Below are positions 53,952-63,350 of a stretch of 64,000 nt of DNA, piece by piece. The stretch is from a virus (lineage: Duplodnaviria; Heunggongvirae; Uroviricota; Caudoviricetes). The notes under the pieces were generated by a model that saw only the letters and a list, made by a program, of their open reading frames with translations, ran no database searches and was not told where the DNA came from. Within the stretch, counting starts at the first letter, position 1. Each line of letters begins with the position of its first letter. The stretch lies in IMG/VR virus record IMGVR_UViG_2911215477_000001, positions 38,486 to 102,485 of that record; one strand, written 5' to 3'. A program made the position numbers and the translations under genes.

Positions 53952-56900
53952 TTACGAAATTAGCTCGGCGGCCCGGATGAAGATTGCGTCGAGAGTTTCT
54001 TGTTTCGCAGGGTCGAACGCGACCATGCCGGGATTGATGCCAAGGATGATGCTCGCGTCCAGCTTGCGGTCGAACACCACCTTCCCAGCCAGGTCCATGA
54101 TGGATCCACGTTCGTCAGGGCATAGCGTGCGCGAGACGTTCGAACCCAAGGCGATGATCAGCCCCGGCTTGAGGATCTCGATCTCCTTGTCCAGCCAGGG
54201 CCGTGACGCGGAAATCTCCTCGTTCGTGATCGTCTTGTCCTTCTTCGGCACCTTGAGGAACGAGGTGATGTAGAGGTCGTTCGTGGTCAGCCCAGCTGCC
54301 TTGATCGCCTCCTTCACCGGCAGTGCCGAGTCAGATTCGAACAGCTTGCCCTTCTTCTCGTCCTTCGACGATGGAGCCTCCAGGATCACCATGATCTTGG
54401 GTTTGGAGCCGAGCTTAGGCAGCGGTGGCGCTCCCAGTGCGTCTCGCATCTCCAGCAGCGTCCGTTTGAGGATGTCCAACACCGGCCCGTCACAGACGAT
54501 GGGTCGATCCACCCTGACAGACGCCGCGATCAGACCAGGTAGGCGCTCCAGCTGAGCCTTCACGCGATCAGGGTGCCTGGCTGGCAAAGCTCCAGGCGTG
54601 ATCGAAGCGAACGCTCCCACCTCCTCCAGGAACTCCCGTTGGCGCTTGTTGCACTTGCCAGGCACATGCTTGTCGAAGTGAGCCCGGTCAATGAACTTGC
54701 CGCCCGCAAGCTCCCTGCCATCCAGCACCGCCTTCTCGGAGATCTCCGACAGCCCCTTCACTCGGGAGATGGGCGCTACGAGAGCGTCACCCACCCGCTT
54801 GAAGCCATAGGTCGATTCGTTGACGTCGGGCGGGAGGATTTCAATGCCCCGCTTGGCTGCATCCGCAACCAGGCCAGCCAGCTTGTCCTCCTTGTGGATT
54901 TCCAGTGACGCAGCGTAAAAGGCGTGGGGGTAGTGAACCTTCAGATACATCGTCCAGACGGAGATGATCGAGTAGGCAACCGAGTGGCTCTTGTTGAAGG
55001 CGTAGCCCGCGAACAGCACGATCTTGTCCCACAGCTCCTTAGCCTGGTCTTCACCCATGCCGGCGACATCGACGCAGCCTCGGACGAACTTGTCGCCCTG
55101 CTCTGCCATCTTGTCCTTGTCCTTCTTGCCGATGGCCTTACGGACGTTATCTGCTTCCGCGAGGGTGAATCCCGCAAGGTCGCGGGTGAGCTGCATAACC
55201 TGTTCCTGGTAGACGATGACGCCCTTGGTCGCCTTGAGCGCGGGCTCCATCGCTGGATGCTCGTAGTGCTCCATGACGATGCCCTGGCGGACGTTCACGT
55301 AGTCGTCCAGCAGCCCTGAGTCCAAGGGGCCAGGTCGGAACAACGCAGTCGCAGCAGCAAGCTCTTCGAAGGTCAGGGGCTCGTACTTCGCCATGTCCTT
55401 GAGCAGCTTTCGCATGCCGCCCGATTCGAACTGGAAGACGCCGACAGTCTCGCCCCGCCCGAAGGCAGCCATCGTCTTCTCGTCGTCCAGGTGGAGATCG
55501 AGCAGGTTTATCCGCTCGCCATAGTCATGGAAGATCTTGTCGATCGCTCGACGCAGGATGTCCAGGTTGGAGAGGCCCAGCACGTCGATCTTGACCAGCC
55601 CCTGCTCCTCGACCACGCGCTTGTCCCAGTTGACCACAGTGTCTTCCCCGCGATCCTCGACGACAGCCATGCCCTTGATGGGTCGGCCAGCCACGATCAC
55701 ACCGGCAGCATGCGTGCCCATACTTCGCATCGTGCCCTCGACACGCTGGGCGATGTCGAACGCCTGCGGGTGTTTCTTCTGGTAGGTCTGAAGCTCGGGC
55801 ATCTTGTCCAGGGCTTCAGCCAGGCTCATCGACTGCCCGTGCTCCTTCGGGATGTAGGAGCTGCAGGCGTAGTCCCGGTCAGGGATGTCCAGAGCCTTGC
55901 CCACCTCACGCAGCGCAGACGGGGCACCCAGCGTGTTGTAGTTGGAGATCGACGCTACAGCCGCCTTCCCGTAGGTCTCGCGGAGGTAGGTGATGATTTC
56001 GTGCCGGCGCTCAGACATGAAGTCCAGGTCGGCGTCGGGAAGATCGAGACGGCTCGGGTTGATGAAGCGTTCGAACAGGAGGTCGAAGCGGATCGGGTCC
56101 ACCTCAGTAATACCGATCACGTAGGCGATAAGACTGCCGCCCACAGATCCTCGACCAGGACCGACCGCGATCCCGTTGTCCTTGGCCCAGCGACAGATGT
56201 CTGCCACGAGCAGGAAGTAGCCACAGAAGCCCAGCTCCTTCAGGACCATCAGCTCGGTCTTGAGGCGTGCCTGGTAGACGGGCAGCAGCGAAGGATCGGG
56301 CTTGTAGCCCAGCACAGGCTTGTCGATGCGGTCGCTCCAGTATTTCTTGCACTGCCTGACCAGCTCGACAAACTCGTCCTCTGCCATCTTCGGGATGGAG
56401 ATGTCCGCCTTGGTCCAGCGATACGAGAGCATGGGTGTCGGGTCGATGGGTAGCACCGTTCCCCAAGCCAGACCCATCTCAGTAGCCAGGTCGAGACTTC
56501 CCATCACCCCTTCCATCAGGGTGTCGAAGTCGCGGATGTGGAGTCCGGCGATCTGCTTCGGGGTCGCACCGTGGGAGTAGCGAAGGTTCCTAGTGATGGC
56601 GTTCACCACGTCACGAGCTTTCGCGTCCTCCTCGGTCGCATACATCGCCATGCCGTTGATGATGACGCCATCGCTGCCGACAATCGTATGCTCCAGGACT
56701 CGTGCGTTCTGTCGAGCGAATACCGGGGACGCTACTGCGACAAGCTCTAGCACAAGCTGAGACGCGCTTACGTCGTCGCGCATACGCTCAATGAATGCTG
56801 TCACGTCGTCGTCAGACATGACGCTAGAAAACGCGCTCAGAGCGTCGCCCGTGGTGACGACGAAGTTGCCCGTCTGCACAAGGCGACGGAAGGCGAACCA

Positions 56901-57224
56901 GTCGAAGAATCGACCGATCTTCTTGGCGCTCTCGCACTCGGACAGCGCAGCCAGGAGATCCACGAAGCCCTGAGCCTCTTTCACGTAGACCTTCGGGTAG
57001 AAGAACTTGCCCTCGTGATCCCAATGCTGGACTCGGAGGGTGCAGCCGGTGATCACTTCCACACCAGCTTTCTTGGACGACTTAGCTAGGTCGATGACTG
57101 CGGACACGGACATCGTGTCTGCGATGGCGACGTGGGTATAACCCACCTCCTTGGCCTGCTTGAGCAGATCGTCCGGCTGGAGAATCGACTCGCCTACTGA
57201 GAAGTGGGTGCGAGCGCCCCACAT
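53952..57224 (-). CDS. dnaE: DNA polymerase III alpha subunit (DnaE-type, PHP domain)
   Basis: N-terminal PHP domain, polymerase core and fingers region; start re-called at MWGARTHFS to avoid overlapping the upstream gene (uncertain). Confidence 0.8.
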   Translation of the reverse strand: MWGARTHFSVGESILQPDDLLKQAKEVGYTHVAIADTMSVSAVIDLAKSSKKAGVEVITGCTLRVQHWDHEGKFFYPKVYVKEAQGFVDLLAALSECESAKKIGRFFDWFAFRRLVQTGNFVVTTGDALSAFSSVMSDDDVTAFIERMRDDVSASQLVLELVAVASPVFARQNARVLEHTIVGSDGVIINGMAMYATEEDAKARDVVNAITRNLRYSHGATPKQIAGLHIRDFDTLMEGVMGSLDLATEMGLAWGTVLPIDPTPMLSYRWTKADISIPKMAEDEFVELVRQCKKYWSDRIDKPVLGYKPDPSLLPVYQARLKTELMVLKELGFCGYFLLVADICRWAKDNGIAVGPGRGSVGGSLIAYVIGITEVDPIRFDLLFERFINPSRLDLPDADLDFMSERRHEIITYLRETYGKAAVASISNYNTLGAPSALREVGKALDIPDRDYACSSYIPKEHGQSMSLAEALDKMPELQTYQKKHPQAFDIAQRVEGTMRSMGTHAAGVIVAGRPIKGMAVVEDRGEDTVVNWDKRVVEEQGLVKIDVLGLSNLDILRRAIDKIFHDYGERINLLDLHLDDEKTMAAFGRGETVGVFQFESGGMRKLLKDMAKYEPLTFEELAAATALFRPGPLDSGLLDDYVNVRQGIVMEHYEHPAMEPALKATKGVIVYQEQVMQLTRDLAGFTLAEADNVRKAIGKKDKDKMAEQGDKFVRGCVDVAGMGEDQAKELWDKIVLFAGYAFNKSHSVAYSIISVWTMYLKVHYPHAFYAASLEIHKEDKLAGLVADAAKRGIEILPPDVNESTYGFKRVGDALVAPISRVKGLSEISEKAVLDGRELAGGKFIDRAHFDKHVPGKCNKRQREFLEEVGAFASITPGALPARHPDRVKAQLERLPGLIAASVRVDRPIVCDGPVLDILKRTLLEMRDALGAPPLPKLGSKPKIMVILEAPSSKDEKKGKLFESDSALPVKEAIKAAGLTTNDLYITSFLKVPKKDKTITNEEISASRPWLDKEIEILKPGLIIALGSNVSRTLCPDERGSIMDLAGKVVFDRKLDASIILGINPGMVAFDPAKQETLDAIFIRAAELIS

Positions 57225-57232
57225 GGTCTTAT

Positions 57233-57826
57233 TCACGGGGACACCATATTCACGCCCACGAACTCCAGGGCGTCCTTTGTCAGTTTGTAGTTGGAGGTCA
57301 GCGATGCGACCGACCATTCCGCGCCGTCAGCGGTTCGGAGCAGCTCGTTCACACGACTGATGTGTTCCTTACGTGGGACCAGGTGCGATCCCAGGGTCTC
57401 GCGCAGCTCGTGGTAAGCCTGCACAAACATCGCCGGGAACTTCACCTCACCCTTGAACGGGTTCGCACCTGAAACGATGCTGCCCAGGTCAAAGCCCTTC
57501 TTGTTCCAGCGATCAACAGCTTCCGCAGCCTTCTTCGCAAGGGTCACGGTCTCGCCCGTGCTCGTGAGCACGATGGTCGGGGTGATCTTGGCTTCAGTCT
57601 TGGCGGGCTTCTTGGTCGCGAGCTTGCGAGTCGTGCGGACATGAGCAATGGCCATATCGAGCGCGGTCTTGGGCTTCGCTTCACCTTCAGCACGGAGAGC
57701 TGCGATTTCTTTACGAACTTCCTCCACCTTTTCCGAACATGCTTTGAAGAACTGGCAGTTGGAGCAGTAAGCGTCAGCGGCGTCGTGGAGGACTACGCTT
57801 CCGAAGCAATCAAGTTGGTCAGACAT
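57233..57826 (-). CDS. hypothetical protein with N-terminal Cys cluster
   Basis: CSNCQFFKAC. Confidence 0.4.
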   Translation of the reverse strand: MSDQLDCFGSVVLHDAADAYCSNCQFFKACSEKVEEVRKEIAALRAEGEAKPKTALDMAIAHVRTTRKLATKKPAKTEAKITPTIVLTSTGETVTLAKKAAEAVDRWNKKGFDLGSIVSGANPFKGEVKFPAMFVQAYHELRETLGSHLVPRKEHISRVNELLRTADGAEWSVASLTSNYKLTKDALEFVGVNMVSP

Positions 57827-57832
57827 TTACAC

Positions 57833-58516
57833 CTAGCCCAGAAACAGTTGTGCCTTGCGCTCGATTTCGTGGCGGCTACGACGCGCCACGCTCGGGTGAA
57901 TTTCCATGAGGGAAGCAACGAAACTCAGGGTCAGCTCCTTTCTGGCTCGGGTGGCATAGCCGGCGTTACGACGCAGCTGTGCCCCACGTTGGTATTTGTC
58001 GAACTGGTTCAGGACCACTTCGGGCGGGTTGATCACGCACTCCAGGAGCTGACGGGCGTCGGCACTCAATGCCTTCACCAACTTGTCCGTGGAATCCGCA
58101 TAGGTCACAAGCTCTTCCGGCGTCAGCTCGTCCGAAGCGATCACTGCCCAGAGGCTTTCGCCTTCTTCGTCGTCAGCACGCTGATCCGGATGGAGCACGG
58201 AGCCATGAAGGACGGCCTGCTCGTCTCGCGTGACCAGGCGCTGCAAGTTCTTCCAGCTGGCCTGAATGAAGAAGTTGATGAAGGACGCACCCTTCTCGTC
58301 GTCGTAGGACTGGTCGCAACGGACGAAGGTCAGAGCCAGCTCTTGCTCGATGTCGTCCAGGTCGTAGGGGGCACCAGTGGCCATCACACGAACCATGAAC
58401 TTGTTGGCGAGCTTGTTGATGAGCGGGTAATACTGCTCGACCGTCCTCTTCTCGGAGTGGTGGGTCTTGCGGACCCACACCTCCGACGTTGCTTGGACGT
58501 TTGTCTGCTCGGTCAT
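57833..58516 (-). CDS. sigma-70 family RNA polymerase sigma factor
   Basis: Region 2-like DLDDIEQELALTFVRCDQSYDDEKGASFINFFIQASWKNLQR; start MTEQT with RBS GAGGT. Confidence 0.6.
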   Translation of the reverse strand: MTEQTNVQATSEVWVRKTHHSEKRTVEQYYPLINKLANKFMVRVMATGAPYDLDDIEQELALTFVRCDQSYDDEKGASFINFFIQASWKNLQRLVTRDEQAVLHGSVLHPDQRADDEEGESLWAVIASDELTPEELVTYADSTDKLVKALSADARQLLECVINPPEVVLNQFDKYQRGAQLRRNAGYATRARKELTLSFVASLMEIHPSVARRSRHEIERKAQLFLG

Positions 58517-58526
58517 GGTTTCGACC

Positions 58527-59660
58527 TCAGCCGAACATGCGCTGCATGACGCTGGTCGCGAACGCTGCCGACTGGGGCGGCAGACGATTGATGTAGGCAC
58601 AGGTGATGCCGTACTTGTAGTCGCTGCGAGCCAGGCCCAAGCGGGCTGCAAACTGGAGCGAACGCGGGGACAGCGGGTTCGTGACCTCGCGGCGGTCGAA
58701 CGAGTTGCGCATCATCTTGGCGAACTCGACCAGCTTCTGTGCGACTTCCTTCGCCACGGTGGTCTTGCCCATGAGAAGAGCGATTTCCTGCTTCTCTTCC
58801 ATGTAGTCCTTCTTCATCACGATGCCAAAGCGCTCGTAGTTCGCCGCGTTCTGGATCTGGGTGCCGGCGTACAGACCCGACTCGTCACCCGAGCCGTTCG
58901 TGTTTCCCGTCGCAACGAAGCGGAAGTCGGGGTGGGGTTTGACCACCTTGTTCGCTGCCTTGATACGCAGGGGCTTGCCTTCCAGCACAGCCTGGTAGAT
59001 CGAGCAGACCATCGGGGAGGCGAAGTCGTACTCGTCGGCGTTGTAGATCAGACCGTGTTCCATCGCGAACGGAAGCGGGCCGTCTTCCCAGACCATCTCG
59101 CCGTTCTTGACGCGCCACTGGCCTTCGATGTCGGCTTCTTCGGTGTTCGCGGTGTGCTGGACGCGGAGGTAGCCACGACCCGTGCGGGCTGCGCACTCTT
59201 CGAACAGGGAGGACTTGCCCACGCCCGAGTGACCCCACATGAGGATCGGGATGTTCATCTCCAAGGCCATCATCACCGTCTTGGTGTCGGCAATGTCGAA
59301 GACGTACTTGGAGTCGGCGTCGGGGACGTGAGCCTCGATCTCCGGACGATGACACAGCGAAACCTTGATGGCTTCGCCCAGAGCGTTCATGGCAGCCTTC
59401 GCGGTCGCGGGGAAGCCGAACAGCTCATGGAGAGCGCCGGTCTTCTTCTCGGGGCCAGCAGTGGTGGGAGCGACGGTCACGGACTTCGCAGCCGCGCCCT
59501 TCTTCATGTCGATCTGAGCCTGGGCTTCCGGGGAGAGCGTCGGGGCCAAGGGATACTTCTCCTTGTACGCCTCCAGGGTCATCTCCGGATGGTCTTTCGA
59601 CAGGTGAACTGCGATTGCGTGGGTGGTAGCACCGCACTCCTGGCAAGTGATAGCAGCCAT
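58527..59660 (-). CDS. CobS-like / MoxR-type AAA+ ATPase
   Basis: Walker A GHSGVGKSSL, AAA_5-like core. Confidence 0.65.
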   Translation of the reverse strand: MAAITCQECGATTHAIAVHLSKDHPEMTLEAYKEKYPLAPTLSPEAQAQIDMKKGAAAKSVTVAPTTAGPEKKTGALHELFGFPATAKAAMNALGEAIKVSLCHRPEIEAHVPDADSKYVFDIADTKTVMMALEMNIPILMWGHSGVGKSSLFEECAARTGRGYLRVQHTANTEEADIEGQWRVKNGEMVWEDGPLPFAMEHGLIYNADEYDFASPMVCSIYQAVLEGKPLRIKAANKVVKPHPDFRFVATGNTNGSGDESGLYAGTQIQNAANYERFGIVMKKDYMEEKQEIALLMGKTTVAKEVAQKLVEFAKMMRNSFDRREVTNPLSPRSLQFAARLGLARSDYKYGITCAYINRLPPQSAAFATSVMQRMFG

Positions 59661-59761
59661 TGGGTCTCTCCTCTCTTCTCTCTGAATTGTTCGCGCTGCG
59701 CGCTTTATGTATGTACGTACATACTCTAAGCGTCGCAGCGCGGGGTTTCAATACTGGTTCG

Positions 59762-61870
59762 TCAGGTAACAACGATTTTCTTGAGCAGTGCCAGGATGCG
59801 CTCCGGGATCTCCTCGACGCGACCGATGACCTCGGCGTTCTTGTAGAACTCCTTGACGGAGTGATCCATCAAGCCAAGGCCGTAGATCTCCAGTCCAGCA
59901 CGCTCCATCTCCTTGATGACCTTCTTCAGGTGGGAGCCGAGACCGTGCGCGCAGTAAGCAGCGGGTGCGCCATCGGACATGACGATCATCACCTTTCGTG
60001 CTTCCTTCTGGGCAACCAGGCGAGTCGCTGCCTGTTCGATAGATTCACCATCGACGTTGTTGCGGAGGATGCCGTAAAGCTCGGGCATGTATGCCAGCGC
60101 TTTCTTCTGGGAGTCGTTGAAGCGCTCCTTGAACTCCTTCAGGACGTAGAGTGCGAGCGGTTCCACGCGACCGTATTTGAAGCCACCTGTGCCGCCTTCC
60201 CAGATCGCCTTGTAGACCTCGCCTGCTCGTTTGAAGCCCAGCGAGTCCGCAATGCGGTCGTCGAGCGTGGAGAACGCCACGATTTCACAAGCCACGCCGA
60301 TGCGTTGCAGCAGGGTCGCGAAGATATAGGCAGCGACGCACGCAGCTTCGATCTTGCCACCGGACATTGAGCCCGAAGCGTCGATGACCAGCTGCACTGC
60401 GACCGACTTGGTAGTGGTCTCTAGCTTCGTGCGGAACACGCGGTCGTCGCCAGAGATCAGCTTGTGCAGTCCAGCTCGATGGAGCTTGCCCTTCTTCTGG
60501 GCAGGCAACCAACGGGCAGCACTGCGGGCGCGGAACACACGCTCGACCTCGGACTGAAGACCCGGCGACATGCTTTCCGCCTGGCGGGGAATCTTGCTTC
60601 CGGAGAGGGTCTTCCCGTCCCACTGGTTCGGGTAGGGCAGCCTGCCGACGTAATCCCCGTCTCGACTGTAGGGCAGATACTTGCTGGGCGACTTCGAAAG
60701 GTGCGCAGCCAGGTCAGACGAGATTGCCTCGGACATGGTGTCATCCATGTCCTTCACATCATCGGTGTCGAACGCTGCGACGGCGGACTCTTCACGCGAA
60801 TGTCCACCAAGACCGCCCGTGCCTTCGTTCGGCTCGTCGTCCTCTTCCTCTTCTTCGTCCTCGTCGTCGTAGTCGTCAGCACCCGTGCCGCCGTCTCCGT
60901 CACCCTCGCCGTCACCGCCCTCGCCTTCCCTGGAGTCCTCACCCTCTTCGGACTCGTCCTTCTTTTCCTCGGACTCTTCCTCGTCACCACCCTCACCCTC
61001 TTCGGACTCTTCGGGCTTCTCTTCGGGCTTGGGCTTTTCCTTCTTCTCGGGCTTGGACTTCTCGCCCTCTTCCTCTTCGGATTTCTTTGCGGGCTTGCCG
61101 GACTTGGTGCCGGAGCTGGACGACTTACCACCGCCCTTGCCCGACGCAGACTTTTTCTTCCCACCGCCACCGGAGTCACCCGGCTCGCCTTCACCCTCGG
61201 ACTCTTCGGACTCTTCGTGCATGGCATCGAAGATCGCCTGGGCGACGCTGACAGCGGTCGTGGTGGAGTTGACGGACTTGATCTCCTTCTCCATCGACTG
61301 CAGCACGGTTCCGACCTTCCCCATCAACGGCCACTTGCCGTCCATGAAGTTCGCGAACTCGGTGTAGCCATAGAGCGCACGGATCGCAGCTGCAATGAGG
61401 ATGCCGGCGAACTTGTACTGATCGGCACCTGCTGCGACTGCCTTCTCGTAGGTGGGAGCGATCATGCGGCTGATCGCGAAGATGCGCGTGTCGCCCAGGT
61501 TGCGGCCCGACCCGTAGAACTTGTCGGCCATGCGCTTCTCGATCATGCAGTCTTCGAGAATGTTCCAATAGGCGTGCTTCTCTTCGCTCTTGCCCTTCTT
61601 GTGCAGCTCCTTGATGACGTAAGCCATGTCGGTGAAGAGCAGATGCGCGACCTCGTGATCCAAGAAGCCCTGGATCGCAATCATCAGATCGCGGGGTGCA
61701 TCATCGGGAAGCGACGGCAGGGTCACGCACTGCGGCTGACCGTCTTTGTTGTACGCGACGTGGGCCTTCAGACCCTCCTGGCGGACTTCGATGTTCGAAT
61801 CCGTCAGGGCGCGAGTGACTCGCCCAATCGTCTCGCGCAGATACTGCACATCCTGCAAACCAGTGGCCAT
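59762..61870 (-). CDS. CobT-like vWA-domain protein with long acidic low-complexity linker
   Basis: MIDAS motif VIDASGSM; E/D/G-rich region of about 150 aa. Confidence 0.6.
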   Translation of the reverse strand: MATGLQDVQYLRETIGRVTRALTDSNIEVRQEGLKAHVAYNKDGQPQCVTLPSLPDDAPRDLMIAIQGFLDHEVAHLLFTDMAYVIKELHKKGKSEEKHAYWNILEDCMIEKRMADKFYGSGRNLGDTRIFAISRMIAPTYEKAVAAGADQYKFAGILIAAAIRALYGYTEFANFMDGKWPLMGKVGTVLQSMEKEIKSVNSTTTAVSVAQAIFDAMHEESEESEGEGEPGDSGGGGKKKSASGKGGGKSSSSGTKSGKPAKKSEEEEGEKSKPEKKEKPKPEEKPEESEEGEGGDEEESEEKKDESEEGEDSREGEGGDGEGDGDGGTGADDYDDEDEEEEEDDEPNEGTGGLGGHSREESAVAAFDTDDVKDMDDTMSEAISSDLAAHLSKSPSKYLPYSRDGDYVGRLPYPNQWDGKTLSGSKIPRQAESMSPGLQSEVERVFRARSAARWLPAQKKGKLHRAGLHKLISGDDRVFRTKLETTTKSVAVQLVIDASGSMSGGKIEAACVAAYIFATLLQRIGVACEIVAFSTLDDRIADSLGFKRAGEVYKAIWEGGTGGFKYGRVEPLALYVLKEFKERFNDSQKKALAYMPELYGILRNNVDGESIEQAATRLVAQKEARKVMIVMSDGAPAAYCAHGLGSHLKKVIKEMERAGLEIYGLGLMDHSVKEFYKNAEVIGRVEEIPERILALLKKIVVT

Positions 61871-61933
61871 TCTCTCTTCTCTCCGTTATGCGTCGCGCTC
61901 GCATTGAATATGTATGCGCGTACATACGAGTAT

Positions 61934-61968
61934 AACGAGAGACAAGCAGGGGCATCTAGTCCCCTGCT
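61934..61968 (-). terminator. rho-independent terminator
   Basis: GCAGGGG-catctagt-CCCCTGC hairpin followed by TTGTCTCTCGTT. Confidence 0.55.
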
Positions 61969-61990
61969 CACATTGCCTACCGATTGCCTG

Positions 61991-62299
61991 TTACAGGACT
62001 TTCGTAGCGAGAGGGATCAGCAACGAGAACGCAGCGGTCAGCGCGTGCGCTCCCAGCAAGCGGACGTGAGGCGTCAACGCATGGGTTGCAAAGAGAACTA
62101 CTGCCGAGGTGCTCTGGACGATATACATCAGTCCGACCTTCGGGTGCTTCGCGACGGTGAGCATCAGCCCATCCATGTCGCGGCTTTGAATCTGGGTGCT
62201 TTCGGAGAGAACTTCCTCCAGGGCGTCCGTAGACAATTCCCACGGCTGCATCTGCTGGTTGGGCAAAGCGTCCATCGTGTCCCACTTCAACTGCTTCAT
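61991..62299 (-). CDS. hypothetical protein
   Basis: RBS GAAGGAAG. Confidence 0.4.
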   Translation of the reverse strand: MKQLKWDTMDALPNQQMQPWELSTDALEEVLSESTQIQSRDMDGLMLTVAKHPKVGLMYIVQSTSAVVLFATHALTPHVRLLGAHALTAAFSLLIPLATKVL

Positions 62300-62454
62300 A
62301 TTTTTCTTCCTTCAGGGGTCAACCAAGTTTCTTGTTATGCGTTGCGTAAGAAATTGTAGGAAGCTTGTCGTAAGGAAGGTATTGGCATTTCATGCAGTAG
62401 GAAAAGGACTACAAGCTCCCATACGGTGACGTAGTTGGTCACTTTTCAGCCGAG

Positions 62455-63177
62455 TCACATGGTCGCGAGTTCGATCAACCCAAGAGCGACGGACACGGCA
62501 CATAGGGCGGCTTTGTTTCGCACCCCTAATCGGTCACTGGCCATGTTGAGGTGCGCATTGACGGTGCGCATGGAAATCCCAAGGCGTTCAGCAACTTCCT
62601 CGGCAGTGAGTCCTTGGGCGGATAACTCAACGACCGCAACCTGCTGAGGCGTCAAAATTTCGACGCTCGATTTCACTCCGTCATCCTCTCGACTGAGGGC
62701 GTAGTGCATGTGCCCAAAAAAGGCATACATGTCGTTCTCCCTCTGCATCGCGTGCCAGAGAGGAATGTCAGCTTTCGTGGCAAGACACATGATCATCCAG
62801 TTCCGAGCGGTGTGTCGGTCCTGGAGGATGACGCCGGAATGGATCCCGTTCTGTCTCCACAGATTTATCGCGCACGGTTCTTCGGTGAGGACTTGCAGCG
62901 CTGTGTTGTAGACAGCCTGCCCGTCATCACGCCATGCGGTTACAGGAGCAGTGCTCCAGAGAATGTCGTAAGCATCTTTGCCTCGATTCTCTTTCCATAT
63001 CTGGATGCGCTGTTCCCAGGCACCCGTAGGCATGTTGTCGAACGTATAGATATGACCGGAAGCGCGGCGGCCTATCACCGCCAGAAACTCATAACCGAGG
63101 TTCGTTGCGATCCGATAAGCGTGTTCCCTAAGCCGATTTCCATCCTCGGAAGCCAGTCCGGAGATGTCCCTAGGCAT
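62455..63177 (-). CDS. LuxR-family transcriptional regulator (autoinducer-binding N-domain plus GerE/LuxR HTH)
   Basis: C-terminal LTPQQVAVVELSAQGLTAEEVAERLGISMRTVNAHL; the N-terminal 170 aa have Trp/Tyr/Asp spacing like an autoinducer-binding domain. Confidence 0.6.
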   Translation of the reverse strand: MPRDISGLASEDGNRLREHAYRIATNLGYEFLAVIGRRASGHIYTFDNMPTGAWEQRIQIWKENRGKDAYDILWSTAPVTAWRDDGQAVYNTALQVLTEEPCAINLWRQNGIHSGVILQDRHTARNWMIMCLATKADIPLWHAMQRENDMYAFFGHMHYALSREDDGVKSSVEILTPQQVAVVELSAQGLTAEEVAERLGISMRTVNAHLNMASDRLGVRNKAALCAVSVALGLIELATM

Positions 63178-63303
63178 GGGGCAGCCCTCCGTAAGAACCG
63201 GAAATTGTGAGGCTTTTCTCTTGTATAAGTCTTTTGGGACGGGGCGAAAAGTCTTGCGATTTACTCGTTGTTAAGCGAACTAACTATTGGTAACGTAGTC
63301 CCC

Positions 63304-63328
63304 GCATATAATCAGTACGTACATACAT
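63304..63328. promoter_or_regulatory. family-A motif CATATAATCAGTACGTACATACATC
   Basis: TATAAT plus palindrome GTACGTAC. Confidence 0.45.
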
Positions 63329-63350
63329 CGTCACACGGAGAGAAGATTTC

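Noticed and set aside
62300-62455. Possible lux-box palindrome upstream of the LuxR gene (TTATGCGTTGCGTAA)
   Set aside because: On inspection the sequence is not a true inverted repeat, so no convincing 20-bp lux-box-like dyad is present.
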